A DNA stretch of 54,786 nt, from IMG/VR virus record IMGVR_UViG_3300036826_000065, positions 1 through 54,786 of that record; one strand, 5' to 3'. Both the position numbers and the translations under genes were made by a program. This DNA comes from a virus. Lineage: Duplodnaviria; Caudoviricetes. The notes under the pieces were generated by a model that saw nothing but the letters and a program-made list of their open reading frames with translations, did no database searches and was not told the origin of the DNA. Of this stretch, positions 1-10,200 are shown piece after piece (within the stretch, counting starts at the first letter, position 1; the number at the start of each line of letters is the position of its first letter).

Positions 1-127
1 GCGACTCGATCCGGCCCGCGATCCTTGGCGTTCGGCGTGTGCTTTAAGTGCGCCTCGGTTCCGTAGGCATAGCTCCATTCGTCGTTGCTGTAAACCGCAT
101 CGGCATGCACATAGCTGACGTCGCCGG
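1..127. repeat. 127-bp terminal overlap identical to 54660-54786 (circular assembly overlap)
   Basis: Exact identity of the first and last 127 nt; the recT ORF reads in frame across the join. Confidence 0.95.
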
Positions 128-524
128 ATCGCCGGACTAACTCAGCGATGCCTTTGTAGTCGATGATCAGTTGGCACTCCATCGTGTTGTTCTTCCGGTT
201 TTTAAACGGAATCAGATGGGCACGCCGACCATCGGGCTCGAGACCCAGGCTGCTGCAATCCAGCAGACAGCGGAACAAACTCTCCCGCGAGCACTCGCCC
301 AACTCGGGAATCTTCATCATGGTTGTCAGGGCCACGCGGATGAACCTGTCCGGTCGCATGACCGCTGGAAGCACGGCTTGCAGAGCCTTCTTGAACTCGT
401 CCCCCTGGAGCAGTTCCTTCACCGTCCTGGGCTGCTTCGCCAGTTGTTGCGCGGCTTGCTCCGCGACGGCTGGCTTATCCGCCGGGTCCACCGGCAGCAT
501 GGGTTGTTTGGTTTCGTCAGGCAT
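1..524 (-). CDS. recT: RecT-family ssDNA annealing protein, N-terminal part (continues at 54659..54302; about 293 aa in total)
   Basis: Manual translation MPDETKQP...RPDRFIRVALTTMMKIPELGECSRESLFRCLLDCSSLGLEPDGRRAHLIPFKN...CQLIIDYKG; ATG overlaps the YqaJ stop (TGATG). Confidence 0.9.
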   Translation of the reverse strand, partial: MPDETKQPMLPVDPADKPAVAEQAAQQLAKQPRTVKELLQGDEFKKALQAVLPAVMRPDRFIRVALTTMMKIPELGECSRESLFRCLLDCSSLGLEPDGRRAHLIPFKNRKNNTMECQLIIDYKGIAELVRRSGDVSYVHADAVYSNDEWSYAYGTEAHLKHTPNAKDRGPDRV

Positions 525-1492
525 CAAGCCGCCTCCTCCTTCTCTTCCTTCAAAAGTTTGGAGGTCAGCAGAAACCTCCGGCTTCCTTCCTTCGTCCGCG
601 AGTAGAACTCGATCAAGGCGTCACGTTCGGTCGGCAGCATGAACTGATTCATCAGCCCGCGAGCCATCGACTCCCAGTCAATAATGGTCCGGTCCTTGGT
701 CTTCCTCCAGGTGACCTGACCATCGACCCACTTGATGCCCTCGCGATTGGCGATCAATTGCTGTATCTGGACCTCCAGGTCTTCCTTGCGCCGCTTCAGG
801 TCGGCGCCGTTGATGCGGTTCCAAAGATACTCGTTCAATAACTCCAGTTCGGATTCATGGGCGAAGCGAAGGTCGGGCCTCTTGTGCGTGGGATAAGTCC
901 GCTGCAACCATCGCCGCGACAGGTCGCTGGAGGTAAGCTCCACCGGCACGCCGCGCACGACATGCGCGTCCCACCAGCGGCTGGCGACTCCCAGCAAGGC
1001 GTTGAATAACTCCGGGTCATGGCGGAACTCGTAATAGCGCATGGTCCCCCTATCATGGACAGCCAGAATCCAAGCCTCGCGCCCAGATACACCCAGATAC
1101 CAGTAACACTGAAGCGCGAAGTGCGCGGGCACTGAATCAATCGACTCCCCGAAGTGCAGGGGACTGAACTGTGTAACATGCTTGGCCTCCACGCCGACCT
1201 TCTCGCCCAGGGCGTCAGCGGTCCCCAGGGCGATGGCGCATTCGGGATGCTGGATCATGACGTTGGGCGTCACCGTCAGATTGAACCGGCGACTCGCCAG
1301 CGTGATGATGGCGGATTCAAACACATGCCCTTCGGCACGCTCATCGTCTACCTGGGGCTCCGGCTCCGCAATCGTCTCCGGCTCCGCAATCTTACTGATG
1401 AGCACGTCGCTCTCATCCTTGAACGGGTCTTCATGAATCAACGCCGATATGTCGCTTCCGCCGATGCCCAGGCGGCGCCGCAGCGGGTCCAT
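524..1492 (-). CDS. YqaJ-like viral recombinase/exonuclease
   Basis: RRLGIGGSD, GHVFE, TADAL..GVEAK and QCYWYLGV motifs; adjacent to recT; start placed at the coupled ATG 1492. Confidence 0.88.
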   Translation of the reverse strand: MDPLRRRLGIGGSDISALIHEDPFKDESDVLISKIAEPETIAEPEPQVDDERAEGHVFESAIITLASRRFNLTVTPNVMIQHPECAIALGTADALGEKVGVEAKHVTQFSPLHFGESIDSVPAHFALQCYWYLGVSGREAWILAVHDRGTMRYYEFRHDPELFNALLGVASRWWDAHVVRGVPVELTSSDLSRRWLQRTYPTHKRPDLRFAHESELELLNEYLWNRINGADLKRRKEDLEVQIQQLIANREGIKWVDGQVTWRKTKDRTIIDWESMARGLMNQFMLPTERDALIEFYSRTKEGSRRFLLTSKLLKEEKEEAA

Positions 1493-1722
1493 TACCGTTT
1501 CCCCTTGCCGACAGCCACTGGCCGTCTCAGCGGTAATGGCTTGGCGACTTCCAAAATCAGGTCGGTCATTTCGACCTCGCGGCAATCAGCGCAGAGCCAT
1601 CTGCCCAGGAGATATTTCACGCCCAGCTTCTCCCTGCAACGGTCGCAGATCAACGCCGTCGCCCGCTCGCCTGGGTCAGGCACTGAGGGCCTCCCCAGCC
1701 GCCGCGCTATTGGTTCTCGCAC
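1492..1722 (-). CDS. small Cys-rich (CxxC...CxxC) hypothetical protein
   Basis: CDRC and CADC; stop overlaps the YqaJ start; true start uncertain. Confidence 0.5.
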   Translation of the reverse strand: MREPIARRLGRPSVPDPGERATALICDRCREKLGVKYLLGRWLCADCREVEMTDLILEVAKPLPLRRPVAVGKGKR

Positions 1723-1999
1723 GCCTGGGCGCCCGCTTCTTCACCACCGGCTTCTTGAGCGGCACGACCGGCGGCGTGACCGGCGCGGGACCATGCTCCT
1801 CTTCGTTGCATGGCGGCAATGAATTAATGCGACCGAAGATCAGGTCGTCGATGATGGCGCCCACGGGAAACTTAGCCAAGCCGCCGCCGTCGCGACGTTC
1901 CTTCTCCTCTAAAAGCCGCATCAATCCGATGCGCGTGAAATCGACGTACCGCCTGGGCCTGTTATCGTCAGCGGGCTTGTTGGGGCGAGCCATAGACAC
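1676..1999 (-). CDS. hypothetical protein, first gene after the early promoter
   Basis: GAGG SD upstream; lies downstream of the promoter at 2124-2152. Confidence 0.55.
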   Translation of the reverse strand: MSMARPNKPADDNRPRRYVDFTRIGLMRLLEEKERRDGGGLAKFPVGAIIDDLIFGRINSLPPCNEEEHGPAPVTPPVVPLKKPVVKKRAPRRARTNSAAAGEALSA

Positions 2000-2123
2000 A
2001 CGTCTCCTCTCGTTGATTTACTCGTCACTCAATGTGTCAGTTGAAGGGATCTATCTCAGTTGCTGAACGCCTGATTCCCAGCCCATTTGAATTTCTAAGG
2101 TCGCTCTCAACTTCGATGATGAG

Positions 2124-2152
2124 AATATACGGCGGCGCGAAATTCCTGTCAA
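2124..2152 (-). promoter_or_regulatory. sigma70-type promoter for the early/recombination operon
   Basis: TTGACA-17 bp-TATATT on the minus strand. Confidence 0.75.
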
Positions 2153-2595
2153 GCCCAAATGATTGACAGTACACGACTTCTTTGCGAAAGTTGCTCAACT
2201 TTTTTGTCAAAAGTTTTTCTAATTCTTGCGCGAGCTTGTTCGCGAATTTGTCAGGAATTATTGAACAACTCTGAGCAAGCCAATCTGAGAAGTTCAATGC
2301 CCTCAATACAACTGCGTTACGGCGGCATGTGCAACGCACGTTGCGCGGCACGTTAAGGAGGCGAGTTCAGTCAGCAGAAACCTGCGCGAGACGCACAACA
2401 AAGTTGTCTCAGGAAGGCGATTTTGCGCCGAAAAATATTTTTCAGGTGCTTGGATTTTCTGTGACGGAGAGCACAGAGGACAAAACGCGCCGGGATGGTC
2501 TGGAATCAAGGGCTTGAGACTAAGACGTAGCTCTCGCTCAGGAGTTGTCCCTACGCCGGTCGGTCGCCGGAAGACGCGCTACAGGGGTTTACCGG

Positions 2596-2952
2596 CTAGT
2601 CGGCTGGCTTGGCTTCCAAGACTTGCAAGAGAGGCTCCAGCCAATCCAGTTGGCCGCAAGCCAGTTCCAGCGAGTCGCCCAGCTTGACCAACCTGCGAAT
2701 TTCGTCGTCGGTCAAACTCGCCTGGAAGAGCCCAGCCGTGTCGGCTGCTTCCGCAGCCACGTCATCGAAGACCATGCCGCCGTTTCCGTTGGGCCGGAGA
2801 TACTTGCGCTTCTCCTCGCTATTGATGCGGATCTTCTGCCGGACGTTGTACCAGCAACGCAGTTCCTCGCGCTTACCCTTCTGCTCGCCTAAGAGATTCT
2901 CCAATCCCAGGCGTTGCACGACGCTAAGTGAGATAGCTCGTTCACGTGCCAT
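2596..2952 (-). CDS. hypothetical protein downstream of the tail fibre (possible fibre chaperone)
   Basis: 118-aa ORF in operon position. Confidence 0.6.
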   Translation of the reverse strand: MARERAISLSVVQRLGLENLLGEQKGKREELRCWYNVRQKIRINSEEKRKYLRPNGNGGMVFDDVAAEAADTAGLFQASLTDDEIRRLVKLGDSLELACGQLDWLEPLLQVLEAKPAD

Positions 2953-2981
2953 ATTGACTTATTCTAACCTTGACTCGTTGT

Positions 2982-5900
2982 TTACGGCTCCGTCTCATAG
3001 CAAATGATGCCGCCGATAATACGAACGTTCACGTCAGCGTTGTTGATCTTCAACGCCACTACAGCCCCGCTAGCTACGGTGAGGCCTGTGTGATTGCCGT
3101 AGCTGGTGACACCGCCACCGATTATCCCAAAATCCCCGCCATACACATGGTTATTGGTCTGCACCGTTCTGAGCCATTTGCCGCCGCTGTCAGCGGACAA
3201 AATGCCGTTGATATTGATCTGCATGCAGGAGACGTTTCCAAGGTTGTCCACCTGGAAGTTGCTGCCGCCGCTGTACTGGAAGATAATGCCGGTTCCAGGC
3301 GCACCAGAGCACTGCACCGACCGGAATGTCACGTCGTTGGTGGTTCCCACCGGCTGGCCGATGGAGAGTGTCACCGTGTTGGAGCCGTTGCTGGCGGTCA
3401 CGCCAGTGCTTCCAGCAATCGAGATCGCGGGACCGCTCATGCCGTTCACGCTGGTCACGCCCGCGCCGGTCGTCGCGAAGTTGACCGTGCCCCAGCCGGT
3501 GCCGGTGTAGTAGTAATACGTGCTGCCGGACTGGTAGGCCAAGCCGCCCACGCCCGTGCCGGGAATCGGCAGGTTCGCACTGCCGAAGCCTCCCGTGCTC
3601 GTCATCATGAAGGCCGCGCCGCCATGACTGTCAGCCGCCCTGAAGTTGCCGTTCTCCAGATACACGCCGACCGACCTCGCATTCGTCTGGTCGTCATTCG
3701 GGGGGTTCGGATTCTCTCCGGTTACCTGCCCGCGCACGTGCAACTGGCCGGTGTTATGCAGCCACATTTTGGCGTAGCGCGAGGATTGGGTATTTGGCGT
3801 CACGTTGAATTGTATGTCGGTGCCCCAGGCCGAACCGCTCCAGGCCTCGCTGGTGACGAACGTGATGGATGCGCTCGCGGCTGAGATGAAGCCGCCGCTA
3901 TGGGCGCCGCGCCCGCCTATGGACATGAGCGTGAGGCCGCTCGGCAGATTCTGAAAGACGCCACTCCCTGGCAACCCGCCGGTATAGTATGCGCGGCGCC
4001 CGATAAAGCCTGGTACTCGGGTAGGATCGTTGGCTGAGTCGTAGCAATCCACGAGCAGATTGTTGGTCGCGTTGGAGGTCACGAATAAGCCGGTAACGCC
4101 GGTCAGGCCGGAGCCCAGGTCGGGCGTGAAGGCCGGGAAGACGCCGATCCGCCCCAGGGCGACGATGCCGCCGACCGTCTGAATGGAGTTGTAGTTGGTG
4201 GCGACGTCCACGTACAGCCCGCCGTTGCTCTGGATGAAGCCCTGTTCGCACTCGATGCCGACCACGCTGTTGGACGTGCCCTTGACGTGCAGGAATGTTT
4301 GCGGAGCGGGATTGTTAATGCCAACGTAGCCGTTGTACTGAATTCGCATTCGCTCGGTGCGAGTTGTGCCTCCAGCATATGTGTAGAAGGCGAGGCCGGA
4401 GGTCTGGCCACTCGCCGTCTCCCAGATTGCACTTAGACCCGGTGCAGCGGCGTAATAACTGGCGTTGTAATAAATCGGATCGCCCAAGTATATCGAGGCC
4501 GCAATCTTCGCGCTAGATGAAGTGTTGGCCGTAGCGTATGCGCCTATATCGCCCCTGACGGATAGGGTATTCCACGGCGCATCACCAATGCCCACGCTCT
4601 CATAAAACCGGGCGTAGGTCGACCGGAGTTCCAGCGACGTGGCATTGGAGCCGCCGCCTGATCCGTCGCCCACGAGGAAGGAGAGGGCTCCAGTGACGTA
4701 GTAGTTGGGAGAGGCGGATACGGTCACCGCCGTGCAAAGGATCGCCGCGCCGCCGTTGCCGGAACCGTACCAGTTGACGCCGCCCAGGATATCGCCGCTT
4801 TGGATCTTAGTCGGAGCCGCGAGAGTGCCCCGATGCCTGGAGAACGCTATGTACGGGTAGAAGTAACTGGTGTCGTTCGCATAGGTCATCGAGATCTGAT
4901 TCGTAACATCGCTCGCGATGCGGAGGATGCCAGGATTCAGACTGAGGATCTTATTGGTGTAATCCCAGGCGAATCCGGCCTCTCCGGTGATCCCAGTTCC
5001 CGTCTTGTAATACTGGATGGCCTGATCCGTCCCCGCGCCGCCGATGCTGGCGAGCGTGTTGAAGTTCAGCGTCTTCCAGCCCGCTGGCAGCGTTGGCGAG
5101 GGGGTATCATCCCAGTAGTAGTAAGTCGAGTTCCCTTGGAAAGCGAAGACGCCGTAGCCGCCCCCGGGCGGATTGAGGTCCGCTGTCGAGGCGTGGGCCT
5201 TCATGTGGACGTTCTGCGCGGTGACAAAGCCGGAAGCCGCGTTGATCCAGGCGTTGCAGCAGAGATGGGTTGTCAGCACCACCTTCGCCGCCGGGGGCTG
5301 GTTGGCACTGGAAGCCCAAAGTAGCACGTCGGTCCAGCCATCGGGGAATGAAGCGTTGAGCAGTGGCTGCGGGAAATTGATGCCGCCCTGCAACCTGGGC
5401 AGGTCGATGTAGCCACCTTTGTAAGGCGAGATGGAACTGGAAATGATGCCCACTCCATTGCAATACACGCCGCCAGTGGTGGCCTGGATCGCTTGGTAGC
5501 TGGGGGCTGGAGTGTAGAAGCCGTCCTCGCTGTGGATGTAGCCAATGGAAGCGTAAATCGACGGTGAACCAGAGACACCCATCACCTGGAGCGGCCAAGT
5601 GGGGGCCGTCTTGATGCCGACCTTACCACCGAAGTAGCTGGGGGCATCGCCAGTGTTGTACATAGCCCAGCTATCATTGGCAGTGGAGGATTGTTGGGTG
5701 AAAATCGCGTAGTTATGCTGGCCCGAACTTAGGGCCTCCATCCTGACCCCATAGAGATTGGTGATCGTAGTGGCGGCGGGATTAGATCCTATAAAACAGA
5801 ACCAGTTCCCAATCGTTGAGGTCGCGCCGCCGCCGTAGGCCCCGCCATCACACCAGAAGCCCATCACGTTATTGATCGTGCCGGTCGCCCCGGCGGTATA

Positions 5901-7292
5901 AACATAGGGACCAGCATTATACGCAACCAAGTAACCGATGGTGCCCGAACTCTGAACATAAGGTCGAGAGATGAACACATACACACTTGGGGAGGCCGTG
6001 GTCCCTGTTGTTACAAGTTGATAGAAATTGGCGTAACAGGTATTAGCAAGCGAACTATTATTGACGTATACTTCGTTCCAGTTCGGGATCAGCACGCCGC
6101 CCGTTGCATTGGAAATGTTGGCGCTGTTAAAAAGCGTGATCGCGGTAACGTCTGCAAAGCTCGTGACGTTGCTGGTGATACGCACTTTTCTGAACAGCCC
6201 GCCGCCGCTTGGAGCCTGAATCGCATTGTCAGCCGTGGAAGCGGTCTGGAAGCCGCCGTCCGCGACGACATAGGCATTGCTGACATAGATGCCTTGCTGG
6301 TTCGGCTTGCCGATGATGTTCAAGATCTGCTGCGTGTAGTCCCACTTGATATTTCCGTCGCCGCCAAAATGACCAGCGGCGTCTTTATACTGCACCGACT
6401 GAGTAACACCTCCCGGCGCGGTCCCGCCCGCGACCGCAGAGAAGTCGATCTCCTTCCACTGCGGAACCGTGGGGTCGAAGTACCAGTAGGTCGATCCGGC
6501 CTTATGGGCAATGGCTCCGTAGGCTGATACCGGCCCATTGAGGGTTGCCGGGTCGGAGTGACTCAGCATGTGGTAACCCTGCGCCGTGACGAACCCGGCG
6601 GCTGCATCGATCCAGGCGTTACAGCACAGGTGCTGGCCGATGATCTGCGATATCGTCCCGTTGGAAGTCGAGGCCCAGAGCAGCACGTCGGTCCCGGTGA
6701 ATGCATGGCCCGCCAGAGCCACCGGAAAGTTCAGCGCTCCCGCCAGCGAGGGGAAGTCGATGTAGCCGCCCCAGTAGGGCGTGGCGTGAGATGACAGATA
6801 AATCCCCGCGCAATCGATGCCGCCCTGGGGGATGCGCAACGAGTTGTATGCCGTGCTCGTTGGCAATGCCAAGTAGTCGGTTGTGAACTCGATGCCGTAG
6901 CCCGCCTGGGTATTGATCTCCGCGCCCTGGTCGGCGTTGAGGATCGTCTCGCCGGTCGATCTAATGAACGACATCTGCGTGCGCAGGAACGCGCCCGTGT
7001 CGTCATAAGCGAACAAGTGCAGGTCGGAGCCAACATTGCTTCCCGTTTCCGCGCCCTCCTCCGCGAACGCCCAGCGGGAAGTATTGTCGTTGTAGAAAAC
7101 GAGCTTGTCTGGAAACAGCGCACTAGACTGCTTCTTGTCGGCTGCGGTGAAATCTTCCGCCACGCTTACCAGCGAAGCGTTGTGTAAGTTGTGCTGGTTC
7201 CCGTCAATGTCGGACAACCAGGGCGTCTGCGCGGCGCCACTGCTTGATCCGCCGGTCGGAGAGCCTTTCTCGTAGATCCAAGATCGTGCCAT
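2982..7292 (-). CDS. long tail fibre / receptor-binding protein with internal duplication
   Basis: 1436 aa, G/S/T/N-rich; ERMRI...GYVGINN.P...LHVKG fibre repeats; last large tail gene. Confidence 0.8.
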   Translation of the reverse strand: MARSWIYEKGSPTGGSSSGAAQTPWLSDIDGNQHNLHNASLVSVAEDFTAADKKQSSALFPDKLVFYNDNTSRWAFAEEGAETGSNVGSDLHLFAYDDTGAFLRTQMSFIRSTGETILNADQGAEINTQAGYGIEFTTDYLALPTSTAYNSLRIPQGGIDCAGIYLSSHATPYWGGYIDFPSLAGALNFPVALAGHAFTGTDVLLWASTSNGTISQIIGQHLCCNAWIDAAAGFVTAQGYHMLSHSDPATLNGPVSAYGAIAHKAGSTYWYFDPTVPQWKEIDFSAVAGGTAPGGVTQSVQYKDAAGHFGGDGNIKWDYTQQILNIIGKPNQQGIYVSNAYVVADGGFQTASTADNAIQAPSGGGLFRKVRITSNVTSFADVTAITLFNSANISNATGGVLIPNWNEVYVNNSSLANTCYANFYQLVTTGTTASPSVYVFISRPYVQSSGTIGYLVAYNAGPYVYTAGATGTINNVMGFWCDGGAYGGGATSTIGNWFCFIGSNPAATTITNLYGVRMEALSSGQHNYAIFTQQSSTANDSWAMYNTGDAPSYFGGKVGIKTAPTWPLQVMGVSGSPSIYASIGYIHSEDGFYTPAPSYQAIQATTGGVYCNGVGIISSSISPYKGGYIDLPRLQGGINFPQPLLNASFPDGWTDVLLWASSANQPPAAKVVLTTHLCCNAWINAASGFVTAQNVHMKAHASTADLNPPGGGYGVFAFQGNSTYYYWDDTPSPTLPAGWKTLNFNTLASIGGAGTDQAIQYYKTGTGITGEAGFAWDYTNKILSLNPGILRIASDVTNQISMTYANDTSYFYPYIAFSRHRGTLAAPTKIQSGDILGGVNWYGSGNGGAAILCTAVTVSASPNYYVTGALSFLVGDGSGGGSNATSLELRSTYARFYESVGIGDAPWNTLSVRGDIGAYATANTSSSAKIAASIYLGDPIYYNASYYAAAPGLSAIWETASGQTSGLAFYTYAGGTTRTERMRIQYNGYVGINNPAPQTFLHVKGTSNSVVGIECEQGFIQSNGGLYVDVATNYNSIQTVGGIVALGRIGVFPAFTPDLGSGLTGVTGLFVTSNATNNLLVDCYDSANDPTRVPGFIGRRAYYTGGLPGSGVFQNLPSGLTLMSIGGRGAHSGGFISAASASITFVTSEAWSGSAWGTDIQFNVTPNTQSSRYAKMWLHNTGQLHVRGQVTGENPNPPNDDQTNARSVGVYLENGNFRAADSHGGAAFMMTSTGGFGSANLPIPGTGVGGLAYQSGSTYYYYTGTGWGTVNFATTGAGVTSVNGMSGPAISIAGSTGVTASNGSNTVTLSIGQPVGTTNDVTFRSVQCSGAPGTGIIFQYSGGSNFQVDNLGNVSCMQININGILSADSGGKWLRTVQTNNHVYGGDFGIIGGGVTSYGNHTGLTVASGAVVALKINNADVNVRIIGGIICYETEP

Positions 7293-7293
7293 G

Positions 7294-10200
7294 TTAATCT
7301 CCCGCCGCCGTGATGGTAACCGACTCCAGCGGTCCCAGCGTTATTGTCGTCGCGGCGTCCCATAGCGGATCGCCCGCTTGCGGCGTGATGATCACGTTGT
7401 GCGTGCCCTTGACGTTGGCGATGTACAGCGCACGCCCCTGGTAATCCGCCAGCGCGAGCAGATGCACCGGCACATCGTTGGTGGAGCAGTCCACGCGGAT
7501 CGTCTGGTCGGTGACGCGGGCGAGCCAGAACGTGCTGCCAGAAACGTCTGGGTCGTTGGCAGATGGACCGATCTCGCGCACGCCCGGAGGTTCCGCGAAG
7601 ATGAAGATCTCGCGCATGCACGCCGACTCCTCATCGGTGATCCGCCCTTGATCATCGACCAGGAAGCCGCCGACCAGGGCGACCATGTTCTGCAAGTTCT
7701 CGATGCGCAGCCGCAATTCAAACGACACGCCAGGAGCCATGACGCTGGTGTCGGTCGTCTCAGTGAAGTAGACCCAATCGCGAGCTTCCACGATGCACAA
7801 CGACGTGTTGTCCGGCGGCGTGTCCAGCGGCGGGTTGACGGTGATGCGGATGTTTGTGTTCGCCGTGATGGCGCGAAACTGTCCGGCGCCCTTGCCGCGA
7901 ATGATGCGGAATATGTTGCCGACCTCCACGCCAGGATCGAGGCCAGCCCAGCCTGGGCGGAAGCCGGACTGTGCATAGCCTACAGAGTTATTCCACAGGG
8001 AATCCTCAACCCAGGTTCCGCCCGCGTCCCAGGAAGTCGGCTGCGACCGGGCGATCAGAACATCCCCAGGCTGTAGGGGATCACCGGCCATCGGGTCCGG
8101 CGTGACCGTGAACGATCCGGCGCTACTGTTGAAACCGATCACCTTGAAATTCCACAGGGGTGCAGAACCATCGCTGGCGTCCGCGACCGCTGTCAGGATG
8201 CGATTGTTCCAGTTATCGGTTGAGCCGATGAAGTCGTTCGACTGGATCGTGTTCGCCGCAACGCCGGTCACGACCACGCCAGCCACGCCACTGTGCCAGA
8301 CATGCTTCGCCTGGATACGCACCTTGCGAGCGGACTGTTCGGGAAGCTCGTGCGTCATGGGATGGACGGGACCGTTGAACGTGGTGCTCGTTGGTAGCGG
8401 CGCGACCGTGCTCTGCTGCCAGCCGATCAACCGCCGGTCGGTCCCCGCGTACAAATCCCAGGTGTCCCAGGAGCCGCTGGTCGCTGGCGTCATGTCGAGA
8501 TGCACGCCCTGGCCGGTGACGCCCGCAGGAATCCAGAGTGCAATCGGAAGAGACGGAATCGTGTAGCCCGCTGGCCCATGCTGGCCTACCGCGACGTAGA
8601 TCGTCATCGGACCATTCAGCGTGCCGCCTGGGACCAGCGTTGCGCCTAAGATCCTGGGCTGCACCTGCGCGGGAAATGTGTTGATGACCATCTCGCCGCT
8701 GACGAAAATGCTGGGCGCCCAGACGCCCTCGCGAGTAATGTTGTAGTCCTGCCACAAATCAAACGAACGCTCCATCGCATCGGTGTATACCGGATCGCCG
8801 GCAACCGGCCCAATACGATTCGGCATCCACGCGAGCCCATTGATGGAGGGCAGATGCTCCGGTATCACCGGGTCGGTCGGCACGTCGGCTGGCTTGGGAC
8901 CGGCGGTGAAGTCGTACATCGAATCGGTCACGCCGGAGCAGACGATATCGATGGAGAAGTCCGGGTTCAGCGTCCAGCGCTGCACGCGCCCTTTCTGGTA
9001 TGCGCTCGCGCCCGCAGGTAGCCGCGAATGCTGGACGCCGATAATATCGCCGCACTTGGTCTGCATCGCGAGCAGAGTCGTGCGGAACTGCATGTTGCGC
9101 GTGTTCTGCGGTTCGGTCGGTCCCCAGCCGCCCAGTTCCTCGCGCAGCCTTGCGACGAGGATGCGAGCGGCTTGCGACTTGGTGGACACGCCGACAAAGC
9201 TCATCTGGTTGCGCGTATACATCGGCGCCGCGCCGTTACCGGCGAATATCGCCTGATCAATGTCGTAAACGGAGATGGTGTTCAGGGCCCAGCCGGAGCC
9301 GGTCTGTGTCTGATCCGCCGCAAACTCCTCATCGCCAAATTGACCATCGAGCCAATTGAACTGCGGCGCCATCGGCGTTGCCTGAAGCGACTGGTACAGG
9401 ATGGTGTCTCGCGTGAAGCCCTGGCCCGTGAGCACGGCGGCGTTCTCGCGGATTCCGATCCAGAGCTTGCCATTGACGAAGGTGTAATACCCGCAGCAGC
9501 AGTTCAGAATTTCCTGAATCCAGTCCTTCAGCGGCTTCTGTTCTTTCAGCACGCCGCGAAACTTGAACTGCGATTCGTTCTGGGTCGGCACGATCATGCT
9601 GGGCACGATCTCCTCGCAGATCGCCGCCGCCGCGAGCGCCGCGTCCAGGTCGAAGTAATTCTCCATCTCGTTGGCCGGGATGGTGCCGATGATATCGTTG
9701 GTCACTTTCTCGCCCAGCCCGCGCAGGAAGACGTTGATCGCGATCCAGACCGGGTTACTGAGTCTCTGCTGCCAGTTGCGCGTCTTGTCGGCGTTCCACG
9801 ACCAGCCGTACATGCCGCCGACCACGGTGACGGTCATGTGCCGGTCCACAACCTGCTTCAGTTGCATGCCCGCGTCATCGGTGCGCCGCACTTCCGCGAA
9901 CGCCACGCCAGCGGCATAAGTGCTCTGCGCCGGAACCGCGCCCCAGGGCGAACTGCTGAGTTGAAAATATTCCGTTGTTAGATTTGCCGGATCGTTGCCG
10001 TTGATCCCGCGAAAGCCGCCGTTGTGAACGGGATCGTGCGGCGGCTGGTCGTCCAGCTTGTGCTTGAGCAGGTTGGTCGCGTAGCCCGCAATCGGACCCT
10101 CGCTGACGATGCCCAGGGCGCTGTAGAACTCGCTTTCTTCGCGACCGGCGGCGACGTCGCACACGACCGGCATCTCGTGGTCGGACCAGATCTCCTGAAT

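Noticed and set aside
2982-7292. Diversity-generating retroelement acting on the tail fibre
   Set aside because: No reverse transcriptase and no adenine-specific TR/VR pair were seen
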